NCBI GenBank assembly: GCA_001600695.1
Contig: BCKQ01000005.1
Span: 339,306 to 403,305 of the forward strand
Direction of reading: 5' to 3'
DNA length: 64,000 nt
Origin: Ascoidea asiatica JCM 7603
Taxonomy: Eukaryota > Fungi > Ascomycota
Under the pieces are notes generated by a model. It did not search any database and was not told the origin of the DNA. It was given only the letters and a program-made list of their open reading frames with translations. Position numbers and translations under genes: made by a program. Of the stretch, positions 11,737 through 23,621 are shown piece after piece (position 1 is the first letter of the stretch; every line of letters begins with the position of its first letter).

Positions 11737-13965
11737 TTACGTAACGTTAGCAGATTTGTTTTGGCTCAAGTCTGGTCCGGGGCTGCTGCGGCCCGCCATA
11801 GCCATATTTAGTATTTTCTCAAAGCCAACGGCTAGCGACAAGCCGAGACTGAACTCCCAACTTCCGGCCTGCTCAAACGTCTTTTGGTCGTTGAAAATAG
11901 TGAGCCAGCCTACTTTTCCTTCACAAAAATCATCATCTGGGGGATTTTTCATTAGCAAACCATCTCCAGGTTTATAGAATGTTTCAAGTTTCTTGTCCTT
12001 TGAGAATAGAATCTTCTCATTATCAATCTTTTCATTTTCTTGGAATCTTGGTAAAATCTTTGTTGTTGCTTTATCTGAAATTTTAGTCGAGAGTTTCTTC
12101 ATTTCTTTTCTCAAGGATTTTAATTCTTTCAAAGATCTATGTTTCAATTTCTTGGAGGTACTATTAGGATTGAAATTGGAATTGGATGTAAAAGTGGTAG
12201 TTGTATTTGAAGAGATTCTTGAAATATTTGTTGATGATGAATTCAAAGTTGATCTACTATCAAGAGTATTCAGATTATATTCTGTTTCACTCCCGCTACT
12301 AGAATAATCATCTATATTTCCAGTTTCTCCATTTGATTTATTTTTATTATAATAGTAATCATCAATGGATGAGTTTTTATACCTTTGAAAATTTTGAGTA
12401 AATTTTTTTTTGAATCTTTTTTCATATGGTCTAAAAACCGATAAAATATTTTCATGTTGATAATTTACATAACTAGTTCCAGTGTTTTGATTATTTAAGT
12501 GATTGAATAGATAACTGTTATATTTTTTATGTAATTTTAGTGATGATAATTGTAGGGCGGATGAATTTTTATTTGCCATCTCTTTCATTGAATTTGATAT
12601 CTTTTTATAATTTGAATTCAGAACTTTGGGAATTGAGCCAATATACCAAGGACATCCATTAATATCAAATGATTGATATCTAGTAATCATTGAATATTTC
12701 ATTCTCGGTTCAAATGATTCATGATTTATAACTAGTTTGTTTAGTAAATCATTATCATCAATGAATTTATCTAAAGGTAATTTATTCGATATTATTTGTT
12801 GATATTCTGTTTTAATTTGCTTTTTGTTTTCTTCTTCTTCTTCTTCTTCTTCTTCTTCATTATCTCCTTTAACTGATTCTTTAGTTTTATCTATATTAAC
12901 AATTTCATTATCTTTTAAAATCGATTCTGATGAGAACATTATTTTAAAATTGCCTCCATCTAACCTTGATTGTTTCTCAATAATTATTAATGGAATTTTT
13001 CTGTTTTCATTATTAAATACTATTAATCTAAATCCAAAATCAGATCTTAACATTGAGGTTTTATTTAATTCCGAATATTTTCCAATATTTTTTTGTTTCA
13101 TATTATTTAAGTTTGGATATTGTACTTTAATAAAATATGATGGACCTAATTTACAGTATAAATGTTTAAAAGAAGGATTTGTTGTAGCATATAAGTAATT
13201 TAAATCATTATCTAAAGATAGCAAGTGATATTTCCAAAAAAATTGATTATATAATACTTTTGCTTTTAAAAATCTATTGTTTTTATTAAAAATTGAAGAG
13301 TCATTTGAACCGAGAGTTGAATTAATAGAATGTATTTTATTTGAATAAAAAGGATCACCTATAAGTGATTGTGGTCTTTTCATTATAATATTTTTAGGAT
13401 CATCTTCATTATCATTTTTAATATATTCATGAGATATTAAAAAATCATTGGAAATTAAATGTAAATTTGGATTACATATCCTTATATCATTTAAATCAGA
13501 TTCATTAATATAATCAGCATAATCATTTTCTTTTTTAGTTGATTTTGAGTCAAAATTATCCTTTTCAATATTACAATTATTATTATTTTTCTCAAATGAA
13601 GAAATATTACTATCTAAATTATCAAAAATAAATTGAAGGATTTTTTTATTTGAAATTGACATTTCAGTTTCTGAAGAAATTGTTTTAAAAACTCTGAATT
13701 CACGAGGAGTAAAATCATATTGATATGCTCTTTCAAGTTCTTTTTTCTCAATTACTGAATTAATTTCTTGAGGTTGATTTTTATTGATGACATTGTTTGC
13801 AATGGGTTCCTTCTGATTCGATATTGTAGATGGGAGTGGTGGTAAACCTTTATTTGTCTTAGCTATAAGTAAATTTGTTTCTATTAACTTATGATTATGA
13901 CTTTTAATTTTGCTCACAAAGCTTAATTCTTTTCTTTTTTTCTTGAGTTTACTTTTCCAAGCCAT
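11737..13965 (-). CDS. Uncharacterised protein, 742 aa, with a conserved-looking C-terminal segment
   Basis: Long ORF with host-like codon usage. Globular-looking blocks YLYATTNPSFKH and KVGWLTIF..WEFSLGLSLAVGF. Function not recognised. Confidence 0.8.
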   Translation of the reverse strand: MAWKSKLKKKRKELSFVSKIKSHNHKLIETNLLIAKTNKGLPPLPSTISNQKEPIANNVINKNQPQEINSVIEKKELERAYQYDFTPREFRVFKTISSETEMSISNKKILQFIFDNLDSNISSFEKNNNNCNIEKDNFDSKSTKKENDYADYINESDLNDIRICNPNLHLISNDFLISHEYIKNDNEDDPKNIIMKRPQSLIGDPFYSNKIHSINSTLGSNDSSIFNKNNRFLKAKVLYNQFFWKYHLLSLDNDLNYLYATTNPSFKHLYCKLGPSYFIKVQYPNLNNMKQKNIGKYSELNKTSMLRSDFGFRLIVFNNENRKIPLIIIEKQSRLDGGNFKIMFSSESILKDNEIVNIDKTKESVKGDNEEEEEEEEEENKKQIKTEYQQIISNKLPLDKFIDDNDLLNKLVINHESFEPRMKYSMITRYQSFDINGCPWYIGSIPKVLNSNYKKISNSMKEMANKNSSALQLSSLKLHKKYNSYLFNHLNNQNTGTSYVNYQHENILSVFRPYEKRFKKKFTQNFQRYKNSSIDDYYYNKNKSNGETGNIDDYSSSGSETEYNLNTLDSRSTLNSSSTNISRISSNTTTTFTSNSNFNPNSTSKKLKHRSLKELKSLRKEMKKLSTKISDKATTKILPRFQENEKIDNEKILFSKDKKLETFYKPGDGLLMKNPPDDDFCEGKVGWLTIFNDQKTFEQAGSWEFSLGLSLAVGFEKILNMAMAGRSSPGPDLSQNKSANVT

Positions 13966-16670
13966 TTTTCTTCAATTTTGTTTGATAATTTCTCTATGGA
14001 TTATATTTTGAATATATGATGAGTTTTAATTATTGAAATTGAAAAAACTCAATAATTCATTAATTCAGCTTTATAAATGAACAATAATAAACAATAATGA
14101 ACTAAAATGAACTATAATGGGTAGTTAACGAAAACCGATTCACCGGTTTGAGTTTCTAAATAAAAGATAGAAAAAAGAAATCCGTACTACGGATTTCCAT
14201 CTTTGGAATTCATAAGCCTTCTGCTTGAAAATAATTGAAGAAAAAAAAAATAAACAGTTTTTTGTAATTTTTGATGAAAGAAGGTAAGGATGAAATAGTA
14301 AAAATAGAATTTTTCAAGCTTATGAAAAAAAAAAGGTAACAAAAAGAATTGAGAAATGATTTAAAGAAAAACAGAAAAGAGGGAGTTTGGTGTCATAATT
14401 TTAAAAAAATTAACAAAGATAGAAGAACAAGAAGAAACTTAAAATGTTTGATAAAATAATTTTGAAGAGAACTTAAAGAATGATTTTGTGCTTTGAAGAA
14501 TTTACTATTATCTAATAAAGATTCAAAAAATACTAAATATTTTTCATGAGTTTTTTTAGTTTTTGCATAAGTCAAATATAAAAAATAATTGTACCATCAC
14601 CCATTATTTAAGTTTGAGGATAATTGAAAAGGTATGATGAAAATAAGAGCTAGTCATTAATCAAAAAAAGAAGTATGAAATATGTAAGGAATTTATTTAA
14701 TGTTTTGGAAAACGGTTGTGCATTTAAAGCTTATGTAGTTTGCACATTGCTCAAGTTAAATTTTGAAATAAAATGAGGTTTTAGAAGAAAATAATTCATG
14801 TTTGGGTTGATTTAATCGGACTTTGAAAAATGTTTAAAAAGGTTAGCTAGATAGTGAGTGCAGTCAAATCGTTGTGATAGATGCATTTGTAAATTCTGAG
14901 TCGGTATTTTTTGTGATTTTAATGGAAAAAAAATTGATTACCCAATAAGTTCATTAGTTATTTCAGTTGCTAGGTGACTTTGAATGTGAAATTTGCATCA
15001 TCCATGCCTATTTCTTTCAGATAGTTACAGTAAGTTATAAATTTTGAGCCAAAATGAAAAAGGTTATAAAGCCAATCAATCATTTAAATTAAATTGAATA
15101 AAAATCGAGCTTAGTTTGTTTTTGTGAGTGCAGAAACAGATTCTTTCATTCTGCACCTTTAATTGCAGAAATCTTTCCAAATTTTTTTTAAACTGTCAAA
15201 GAAATGCTGAAAACTTTACCTCTTTGTTCTACAATGCTCATCTTAATCTTCAATTAATCAATTTTTCGCTCTTCAAACCAAATCTTTAAACAATCGCCAT
15301 CAAATAAAAATGTGACCAAATATGTGGATCTCAATTGAAATACTTTTTTTTTCAGATGTTTTTATTATCTATCAATAAATAATTTTGAGAAATAAAACCC
15401 AGCACATAAAAGCTTTTTCCATTAAGTTAGTAGGTATTCATCTTCTTTCTCTTTCTATTTCCTTCACTTTTCTTTAAACGTGGCTTTAGGTAAAACGTAA
15501 TAAAACAGTAAATATAAACATTGCAATAATCTCAGATGAGAATATTCCACTGACTGTGTAATTTCATTCAAACAGCTTGAAGTCACACAAAATTCAAAAT
15601 TGCCAAAAGTTGTTTGAAGAAAGTCTCAGCAGAAAGTGCAAAAAGGCACGTGATTGTTGATGTTTTTTAATGTTTTGTAAACAATCCTTCTGTACATCGG
15701 TGTGCGTAGTTATGCCTAGCGTCGTAAAAAGGTAAACAATTTGGAAAAACGGTTCTGCTTTGATTCGGTTTAGGGTTGGTCTTTATTTGTTTACATTTAA
15801 AATAGCGTTATTCAGGCCAGTTGAAGAAATACCGTCGAAAAAGCATAAACAGATCTTCTCTTTAATCTGCCGTGAACGTCATATTGACTTTATATAGTGA
15901 ATAATCATGTATAAAGATGTTTTTTTAAAATATAGTTTAAAACCTAAAGTTAAATTTTGCTAGGTTAAAATTTAGAGTTCACTTTAAAGTTCTCAAGAGG
16001 TGTAAATATGTGTGCTTTGTGAGAGGCTGCATACTTGATAACTTTAAAAATTATTTAATATATTAATCAAAATTATTATAAAATTTAGCAGGTCTGAAAC
16101 TATGATTATCATATATTGGAGAAATAAATTTAGTTCAAATTTAACATTAAAGTGATATTTTATTTAAAATTTTTTGAAATAACAAGGTCAGATATTATAT
16201 TTTTTTGATAACAATTTCTTATAACTACAGCGAGTTTCTCTTACATTTTGTATATTTAATAGATTAGTGTTTTTGTTGTTTATTTTACTTCAATGAAATG
16301 AAAACATTAGTTTCTCGTAATCATAATATACTATTTGCAAATGACTTTGAAGAATTCTTAAAATTGGATTTCATCAACTAACAAAATCATGTTTCTTCAA
16401 ATAATATAAATTAAAAGAATTCTCCTCTCAATTCTTCTTCTCTTTTTTTTTATTTCAAAAGATTAAATTAACAACTTTTATTATTACTATTATAATTTTT
16501 TTATACAACCTAAATTACTTTTGTTTGTTGCTTATATTTCAGTTTCCTATTATTATATCTTGCTTCATAAAATATTTCTGCTCAATATATATTATTTTGT
16601 TTTCAATTAGAATTATTTGTGTTTAATATTCAAGAATTTAATTTATATTAAGAAAAAATCAAAACAAAAA

Positions 16671-17253
16671 ATGACTGATCCATTCAATCCAAATCTGTTT
16701 TTTTTGCAAAGTCAAGCAAATCCAAATGGTTTTCCAAATAATCAAGGACCAGTTCAATTTGTAACTATGTCTCAACTTGTGAAACCTAATTATTATTATA
16801 ATTTTATTATAACAGAATCACCAGTTGATGCTAGACAAGCAACATTGAAATCAAAACGTTTAACAGGTCCTTTCAAATTATATCTAGATACAAATGATAA
16901 AGATCCAAGAATACAATATTTTGTTCAATTTACTATCAATGATGTTACTACAGCCACCAACCAAATTAATAATTTAACTCATTTTTCTGATCAAAGTATA
17001 TTCATGGGTAAAAGATTTTATTTTGGAGAATATTCAAAAAATGAAGATCGTTATAATTTTTTAATTAAAGATTTAGCTGTTACAAAAATTGGAGAATATA
17101 CTTTTTCAGTAGCTTTATTGAAATATTTTTTAATGGAAGATAAAAAGCCAATATATATTAAGACTATTACAACTCCTAAATTTTCTGTGAAGTCTGCAAG
17201 AAATTATTATAAAAATAAAAAACTGGAAAAAAAACAAACACAATCTGATACTT

Positions 17254-17284
<31 letters not shown>

Positions 17285-17561
17285 TAACAATAACAATAAT
17301 AACAATGGCAATAATGGTAATAATGGTAGCATTAACATTAATGCACAATTATTTCCAATTATGGTTTCTTATTCAAATAATCTCAATTACAATTCAAATT
17401 CTACCCAAATGAATCAATTTCCAAATCAAACTCTAAATCAAAATCAAAGAGAAATAAATAATATGAACTCACTGGATGTCACCCCAGATTTACTTGATTC
17501 TTTTCTTAAAAATAATTATACTCAAAGTTTTAATTCCAACGAGGGCGATAAACATTATTAA
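16671..17561 (+). CDS. Divergent velvet-domain (VosA/VelB-like) transcription regulator with N/Q-rich C-terminus, 296 aa from ATG 16671
   Basis: YNFIITESPVDARQA, YFVQFTIND, FLIKDLAVTKIGEYTFSVAL and IKTITTPKFSVKSARNY parallel the velvet consensus blocks in order and spacing (recalled alignment). Confidence 0.7.
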
Positions 17562-18196
17562 CCGATCATTTATCAGTGATAGGTTTTTTTACATTTTGTT
17601 TTCCTCCTTTTTCAGTGTGTTGTTGTTTTGGGTCTTTCATGACTTTTTATACCCTGTGGTCTTTATATCCTCATACTTGTTATATATTCACTTATATAAG
17701 CATTATTCACCTTCTTTCTTTTTTTCATTTGACTAATTGACCATTTTTTTACCTCTTATTCAATAATATGTTTTTTTTTTCTTAGACAGTGCAAACTTGT
17801 AGACTGGGTTTCTTCCAATTATTTAACTGCAATTAACACCCTCGCTCCTTTGTTTTCTTTCTGACGGAATAAGTTATCAAGGACGGAACTCAGCGGTTTT
17901 CATGGGAAAAAACATTAATTCTTTAATTTCATGTTTCTTGCCCCAGCAATTTCTAGAAATCTCAAGAATAGAAAGACCAAAGAACTTCAGAACTTCAGAA
18001 CTAAAGAGCTAAAGAACTAAAGAACACTCCCAGGCTTAAGTATTAAGTGCTTTGAGATTCACCTGAAGCACTGAATTGAGAATCAGTCTGCTAAAGAACA
18101 AAATTGAATCAAAATCTGTATTGGAGATTTTATTTGTAATTGATTTAATCGTCACCTGCCTTTAATTGTTGTTCATATATCAATTCAATTATTTTA

Positions 18197-19399
18197 ATGT
18201 TCTCCTCGAAAAAATTGGTTTTTCGAAACTTCAGACAGTTCAGTACAACTTCAATTTCTTTTGCCGATTATTCTCATGTGGTGATTGGTGCTGGCGCTGT
18301 TGGTTTAGCTGTAGCATCTAGGCTAGCTGAAAATAAGTCCAATTCAGTTTTAATAATTGAAAAAAATTCGAAATATGGGGCTGAGACTTCTTCAAGAAAT
18401 TCAGAGGTTATTCATTCTGGCGTTTACTATCCAAAAAATAGTTTAAAATCTGATTTATGTATCCTTGGTAAACAATTAATTTATCAAGATGCCTTAAAAG
18501 CTGGAGTTGAAATGAAAAAATGTGGTAAATGGATTATAGCTCAAACTGATCAAGATGATGCATATCTTGAAAGTTTATATTATAAATCTAAAGAACTCAA
18601 TATTGAAATTGATTGGGTACCATTATGGAAATGCAAGTATATTGAGCCTGCCATTAAAATAAATAAATCTGTCTTAGATTCTCCAACAACTGGAATAATC
18701 AATGCAGAATCTTTTATGACATATCTTTCAGGAAAATTAGAAAATAATGGTGGGCAAATTGCTTTGAATTCAAAAGTTACAAACTTAGATTATACAAATA
18801 ATGAATATGAATTAACTGTAGAATCTATTGAAGAAAATAATAGAAATGAAAAAGTCAAAATAAAATCGGAAAATGTTATCAATTCAGCTGGACTTTTTGC
18901 AATTGAAATATCAAATTTGTTGCTACCTGAAGATAGACATTTGAAAGCATATTATGCCAAGGGAAACTATTTTCAATATAATAAAAATTTTCCAAGTGTT
19001 AATAAATTAATTTATCCTTGTCCAAAACCTGGTTTACAATCTCTTGGACTTCATTTAACCATAGATTTAGGTGGAAAGATTAAATTTGGACCAGATTTAG
19101 AATGGGTTAATGATCCAACAAATTATAAAGTTAATGATCAGAATATTGAAAAAGCATATTTAGAAATAAATAAATATTTTCCAAGTTGTTTTAAAGAAGA
19201 TATAACACCAAGTTATTGTGGAATTAGGCCCAAACTAAATGATCCAAATGATTTAAGTAAATCCGAAAAATTTCAAGATTTTATAATCAGAGAAGAAAAG
19301 GGATTCAAAGGATTCGTTAATTTGTTAGGAATTGAAAGTCCAGGTTTAACTTCTTCTATGGGAATTGGTGAATATGTTTATAGTATGTATCATAAATAA
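18197..19399 (+). CDS. Mitochondrial L-2-hydroxyglutarate dehydrogenase (FAD-dependent, DAO family)
   Basis: Presequence-like N-terminus; GAGAVG; ETSSRNSEVIHSGVYY; LIYPCP; KFGPD; GIESPGLTSS. Confidence 0.9.
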   Translation: MFSSKKLVFRNFRQFSTTSISFADYSHVVIGAGAVGLAVASRLAENKSNSVLIIEKNSKYGAETSSRNSEVIHSGVYYPKNSLKSDLCILGKQLIYQDALKAGVEMKKCGKWIIAQTDQDDAYLESLYYKSKELNIEIDWVPLWKCKYIEPAIKINKSVLDSPTTGIINAESFMTYLSGKLENNGGQIALNSKVTNLDYTNNEYELTVESIEENNRNEKVKIKSENVINSAGLFAIEISNLLLPEDRHLKAYYAKGNYFQYNKNFPSVNKLIYPCPKPGLQSLGLHLTIDLGGKIKFGPDLEWVNDPTNYKVNDQNIEKAYLEINKYFPSCFKEDITPSYCGIRPKLNDPNDLSKSEKFQDFIIREEKGFKGFVNLLGIESPGLTSSMGIGEYVYSMYHK

Positions 19400-19882
19400 T
19401 ACTAAATGGTATTATTAAATAGAATCCGAGTATAGAATAATATAATAAAATTTACAAACTCTGAAAATAACAATACTTATATTTAAAGTGAATTTCCTCT
19501 GAAATTGGTGAAATATTCAAGTAGAATAGCAATAAACACAAATTTAAGAAACAATTTATTTAGCGAGAACTGCATTTTTACTAGAATATAATAATTATTA
19601 CAAAATCCAACTGGAGAATTTTTAACTCAAATCTGGCTGTTTGTGAATTATTGAACCTAAATTATGCATGTTAATTCAAGTTCATGTTTGTATCCAGTTA
19701 CCGATAACTTTAAATAAAACTGTAAATTCTTCAAAACTTCAGAATTTTTGAATGAACATAAAAAAATAAAGCACTTTATGAAGAACTTGATTTATATTTT
19801 TCGAAAACTATAACTACGAAGTGTTAGTTATTAAGTATAAAAGGTGATAATCATAGATTAAGAGTAAATAGGAAAAAAAAAA

Positions 19883-21271
19883 CTATAAAGAATCATAACT
19901 AGGTGCATTTTCATATCTTGGCAAAATATCAAACTCGTCACTGTTATAATAACCAACTTCTTGTACACTTTTCACATAATTTTTATAACTATAGGAATTC
20001 TTTGAAGAGCTGTTGATTTTATTCTCTATGATAGTTGTATTTGGAAAGTTGATTCTATTTTTTAATAATTTCAAATTTATATTTGAATACAAATTTGTAT
20101 TAATAAGATTGATTTCATGAATTAATTCAACAGTTTTTGATGTTGAACCATCAAAATTTGAAAATTTACAAATTAGTTCTAAGTCATATGAATTATTAAT
20201 ATTAGGAGATTTGAAGGAAGATAATAAATTGTTCGGTATAATTATGTGATTAATTAAATAATCTGGGAATTTTATTGAACTTTTTAAATTATTGGAATTA
20301 TTATCACTATTCAAATTTAGATCAATTTTTAAGTTAGACAATTTTAATAATGATATATTAAATGATAAAAATTTATTCGATTTTTTCTTATTATCATTTA
20401 ATGAAATTTTATTTATTAAATTAATTTGAATTGAATTTAAATAAATTTTTTTATCTGGAAACTTTTTTAAAATTGAAGAATTGGGATTTATTAAATTTAA
20501 ACATATATTGAAAGTTGTAGATAATTTTAAATTAGTTATTAAAAAGATTGGATATTTTATTGTAAATTCAATTGAGAAATTATTTAAAAAATATCTTTTA
20601 ACAAATAATTCTTTTTTGAAATATTGATCTAAATCAGAATTTGAATTGGTAAATAAAGCTGAAGATTGAGATAATAATAATGGATAAAATGGATAAAAAT
20701 CAAAAGATTTTGAAATTTTGATTGAATTTGATAAAGAATTATTTATAATATATAAGTTTATTGTATAGGAGATATCAATTGAAGTTGAAGAATTTAAATT
20801 ATCTTTTGAAATTGATGGAGGTAAAAAATGTTTAATACTATCATTATTATTACTATTATCATTATTATTATTATTGCTATTGCTATTATTATCGGATATA
20901 TCATTGGAATATAAGGGTAATTTAAAATTAAATGGATATAAATGAAAACCATGACTTAAATTATTAGAAGTTAAAGGTATTTGCTGAGTTAAAAAAAGAA
21001 AATTTGATTGATTGATTGAATTATTTGAGTTACCTTCTAAAGAAATAAAAAGTGAAGAAATATTATTCAATGGATTATTTAATTTTAATCGAATTGAACC
21101 AGTTATATTTTGTAAATTGGTAAAAACATCATTATAATTGTCATTACTATTATTCTCATTTATTAATATTGAAGCAGATATATTGTTATTATAATAATTA
21201 TTTCTACTATTATTAAGGTTATTATTACCTTTGGTAATTTTGAAATTTTTGAAATTTTTAAAATTCTCCAT
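19883..21271 (-). CDS. Second, more degenerate Art10-like arrestin paralog
   Basis: VFTNLQNITGSIRL..ISLEG, GFHLYPFNFKLP, LPPSI, ISYTI; terminal LPRY and APSY motifs. First ATG is at 21271. Confidence 0.6.
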   Translation of the reverse strand: MENFKNFKNFKITKGNNNLNNSRNNYYNNNISASILINENNSNDNYNDVFTNLQNITGSIRLKLNNPLNNISSLFISLEGNSNNSINQSNFLFLTQQIPLTSNNLSHGFHLYPFNFKLPLYSNDISDNNSNSNNNNNDNSNNNDSIKHFLPPSISKDNLNSSTSIDISYTINLYIINNSLSNSIKISKSFDFYPFYPLLLSQSSALFTNSNSDLDQYFKKELFVKRYFLNNFSIEFTIKYPIFLITNLKLSTTFNICLNLINPNSSILKKFPDKKIYLNSIQINLINKISLNDNKKKSNKFLSFNISLLKLSNLKIDLNLNSDNNSNNLKSSIKFPDYLINHIIIPNNLLSSFKSPNINNSYDLELICKFSNFDGSTSKTVELIHEINLINTNLYSNINLKLLKNRINFPNTTIIENKINSSSKNSYSYKNYVKSVQEVGYYNSDEFDILPRYENAPSYDSL

Positions 21272-22416
21272 TAATGTTGTCAATTTGAAATATTTTTTCT
21301 TATGATTGATTTATTTAAGATGAAATTTAAGCCAAGAAAGCAAAAAAATAAAGGATATTTAGATAGCATTTTATATATTGAAAATAATTGGAAAAAAACA
21401 AATGAGTAAATTATTCAAAAGCATAGAATTGAAGCACTCAGAAAAAACAAAAAAACAAAAAAACAAAAAAGCGAAAAAATTAATTTCAAGACCGAAAAAA
21501 ATAGAAGTTTAATCAATGAATGCGCGTAAAAAAAAAAATATAAATAAGTTTTGAATATATTGAAAGTTCATTATTATGAAAAAAATTATAAAATGGGCTA
21601 ATACAGCATAATAAATCGGTGTAGGAAAATCAGCTCGCAAAAGATATTGAAAAAATGAAATATAATAATATTAAGTTTGTGAGCTAAAAATTAGGCAATA
21701 GATTAATAATCATAATCATAATCTCATCAATGCTAAAAGAGATAATGATTCCTAAACAATTTCCAGAAAGAAAAGTTTGGCTTTGAAGCTCCAAAATGCA
21801 TACCCAAGCTAAAATACCGGCAGGCAGCATTAAATATTACCCTTTTCAATAAAACACAAGAGCAGCCATAGAGCATTGTTTACCGGGAAATGGATTGTTC
21901 GGAAGGATCAGGTTTCGCCCGCATTTAAATAATTCTTTCGCAGTCCGCAAAAAAAGCAATTTTGTGAAAAAATATGCACAGCGCAGTAATAAAACCTAAG
22001 AGTGCATTCTGCGCATTTTACAGCGCACGCTTTTTTAGATATTGCGCAAAACTGGTTCTTGGTGTTGATTTAGGACGACGTGGCTGATGCTTCAAAAAAA
22101 GCGGAAAAACCTGATTTTGGTGGGCATCATGAGAGGAAAAACTATTGAAGCGGATTAACCTTATCGGATGATCGATTTGTAATTTGGCTTTACGGAAGTG
22201 GAAACGTGTGATGTTTTAGTCTTTATCAATTAGTGGAGAAAAATAACAATTGTTAAGGTGAACGAACAACAGAAAATATTTACTAATAAATAGTATTAAA
22301 TTTTTCTGTTTTATCTTGTATATCATATTGAAATATTAAATATTAAATATTAATTATTGGATATTAGTTATGAGAAATTGGATAGTAGATATTAGATAGA
22401 GTTTATTATATTAAAA

Positions 22417-23514
22417 ATGGATACAAAAGAAAATAGAATAATAAATATTGGAATTGTTGGTACTGGATTATTTGCTCAAGAGCATTTAAAAGCATTAACA
22501 TCAAAAAAATTAAATTGTAAATTTCAAATTATTGGATGTTTTAATCGTACAAAATCAAAAGCAATTGAATTTAATGAAATTTATAAAAAATTAACAAAAA
22601 GTGAAAAAAATTTAAAAATTTATGAAGATATTGAAGAAATTTTTAAAGATAAAGAAATTGAAGTAATTGATGGATTATTACCTGTTGAAAATAATTTAAA
22701 TTTAGTTAAATTAGCAATTAAATATAAAAAATCATTATGTTTTGAAAAACCAATTTCAAATAATTTTACTAATGGATTAGAAATTGTTAAATTAAGTGAA
22801 AAAAATAAATTAACAGTTTTAATTTTAGAAAATTTTTTATATCATAAAATTAATTCAATTATTAAAGAAAAATTAAAATTAATTGGAGATATTATATCAT
22901 TTACATATAATTCAACAGGACCATTTTATTTTGAAAATAAATATTTAAAAACTTCATGGAGAAAAAATCCTCATCATATTGGAGGATTTTTATTAGATGG
23001 AGGAGTTCATCAATTAGCATATTTAACAGATTTTTTAGGTCAAATTGAAAAAATATCAGGATTTAGTAAACAAGTTAGAAAAGAAAGTGGTACAAATGAT
23101 ATTTTATATTCAATTGTTAAATTAAAAGATGATAAAAATATTATTGGAAGTTTTACATATGGTAGTGCATTTGCTTCAACAGATAAAAGTAATTATTTAA
23201 AAATTTATGGTATGAAAGGTACAATAATTTTTGATTTTTCACCAAAATTTAAAAAACCAATTTTAAAAATTTGTTTAGGAGAATCAGGAGAAGAAAATAA
23301 TGGAAATTATGAAACTATTGAAATTGAAGTTGATAAAGAAGATAATAAAGGTATTGGAGAAGAATTTTGTAATTTATATGAAAGTATTATTAAAAAAGAT
23401 AAAAGTTTATTGAAAGGTAAGCCAGAAGTTGCACTTCATCATTTGGCAGTTATTGATGCTGCATTAAAGAGTAATGATCTAGGAGGTGATTCAGTAAAAG
23501 TAGCTGACTGGTAA
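22417..23514 (+). CDS. Gfo/Idh/MocA-family NAD(P) oxidoreductase (YMR315W-like)
   Basis: IGIVGTGLFA, FEKPIS, YLKTSWRKNP, GGFLLDGGVH. Confidence 0.88.
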   Translation: MDTKENRIINIGIVGTGLFAQEHLKALTSKKLNCKFQIIGCFNRTKSKAIEFNEIYKKLTKSEKNLKIYEDIEEIFKDKEIEVIDGLLPVENNLNLVKLAIKYKKSLCFEKPISNNFTNGLEIVKLSEKNKLTVLILENFLYHKINSIIKEKLKLIGDIISFTYNSTGPFYFENKYLKTSWRKNPHHIGGFLLDGGVHQLAYLTDFLGQIEKISGFSKQVRKESGTNDILYSIVKLKDDKNIIGSFTYGSAFASTDKSNYLKIYGMKGTIIFDFSPKFKKPILKICLGESGEENNGNYETIEIEVDKEDNKGIGEEFCNLYESIIKKDKSLLKGKPEVALHHLAVIDAALKSNDLGGDSVKVADW

Positions 23515-23621
23515 TTTATAGAAAATAAAGTATATAGTAAGTAATATTGGTAACATAAGTAAATAAATAATTTCTATTTTCAATATACTATATATAAAAA
23601 AAAAAAAAAAAAATTCAAAAC

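Noticed and set aside
13966-16670. Hidden gene, LTR or tRNA in the 2.7-kb intergenic region
   Set aside because: No credible ORF, TG..CA/TSD boundaries or tRNA A/B boxes were seen. It is treated as regulatory DNA.
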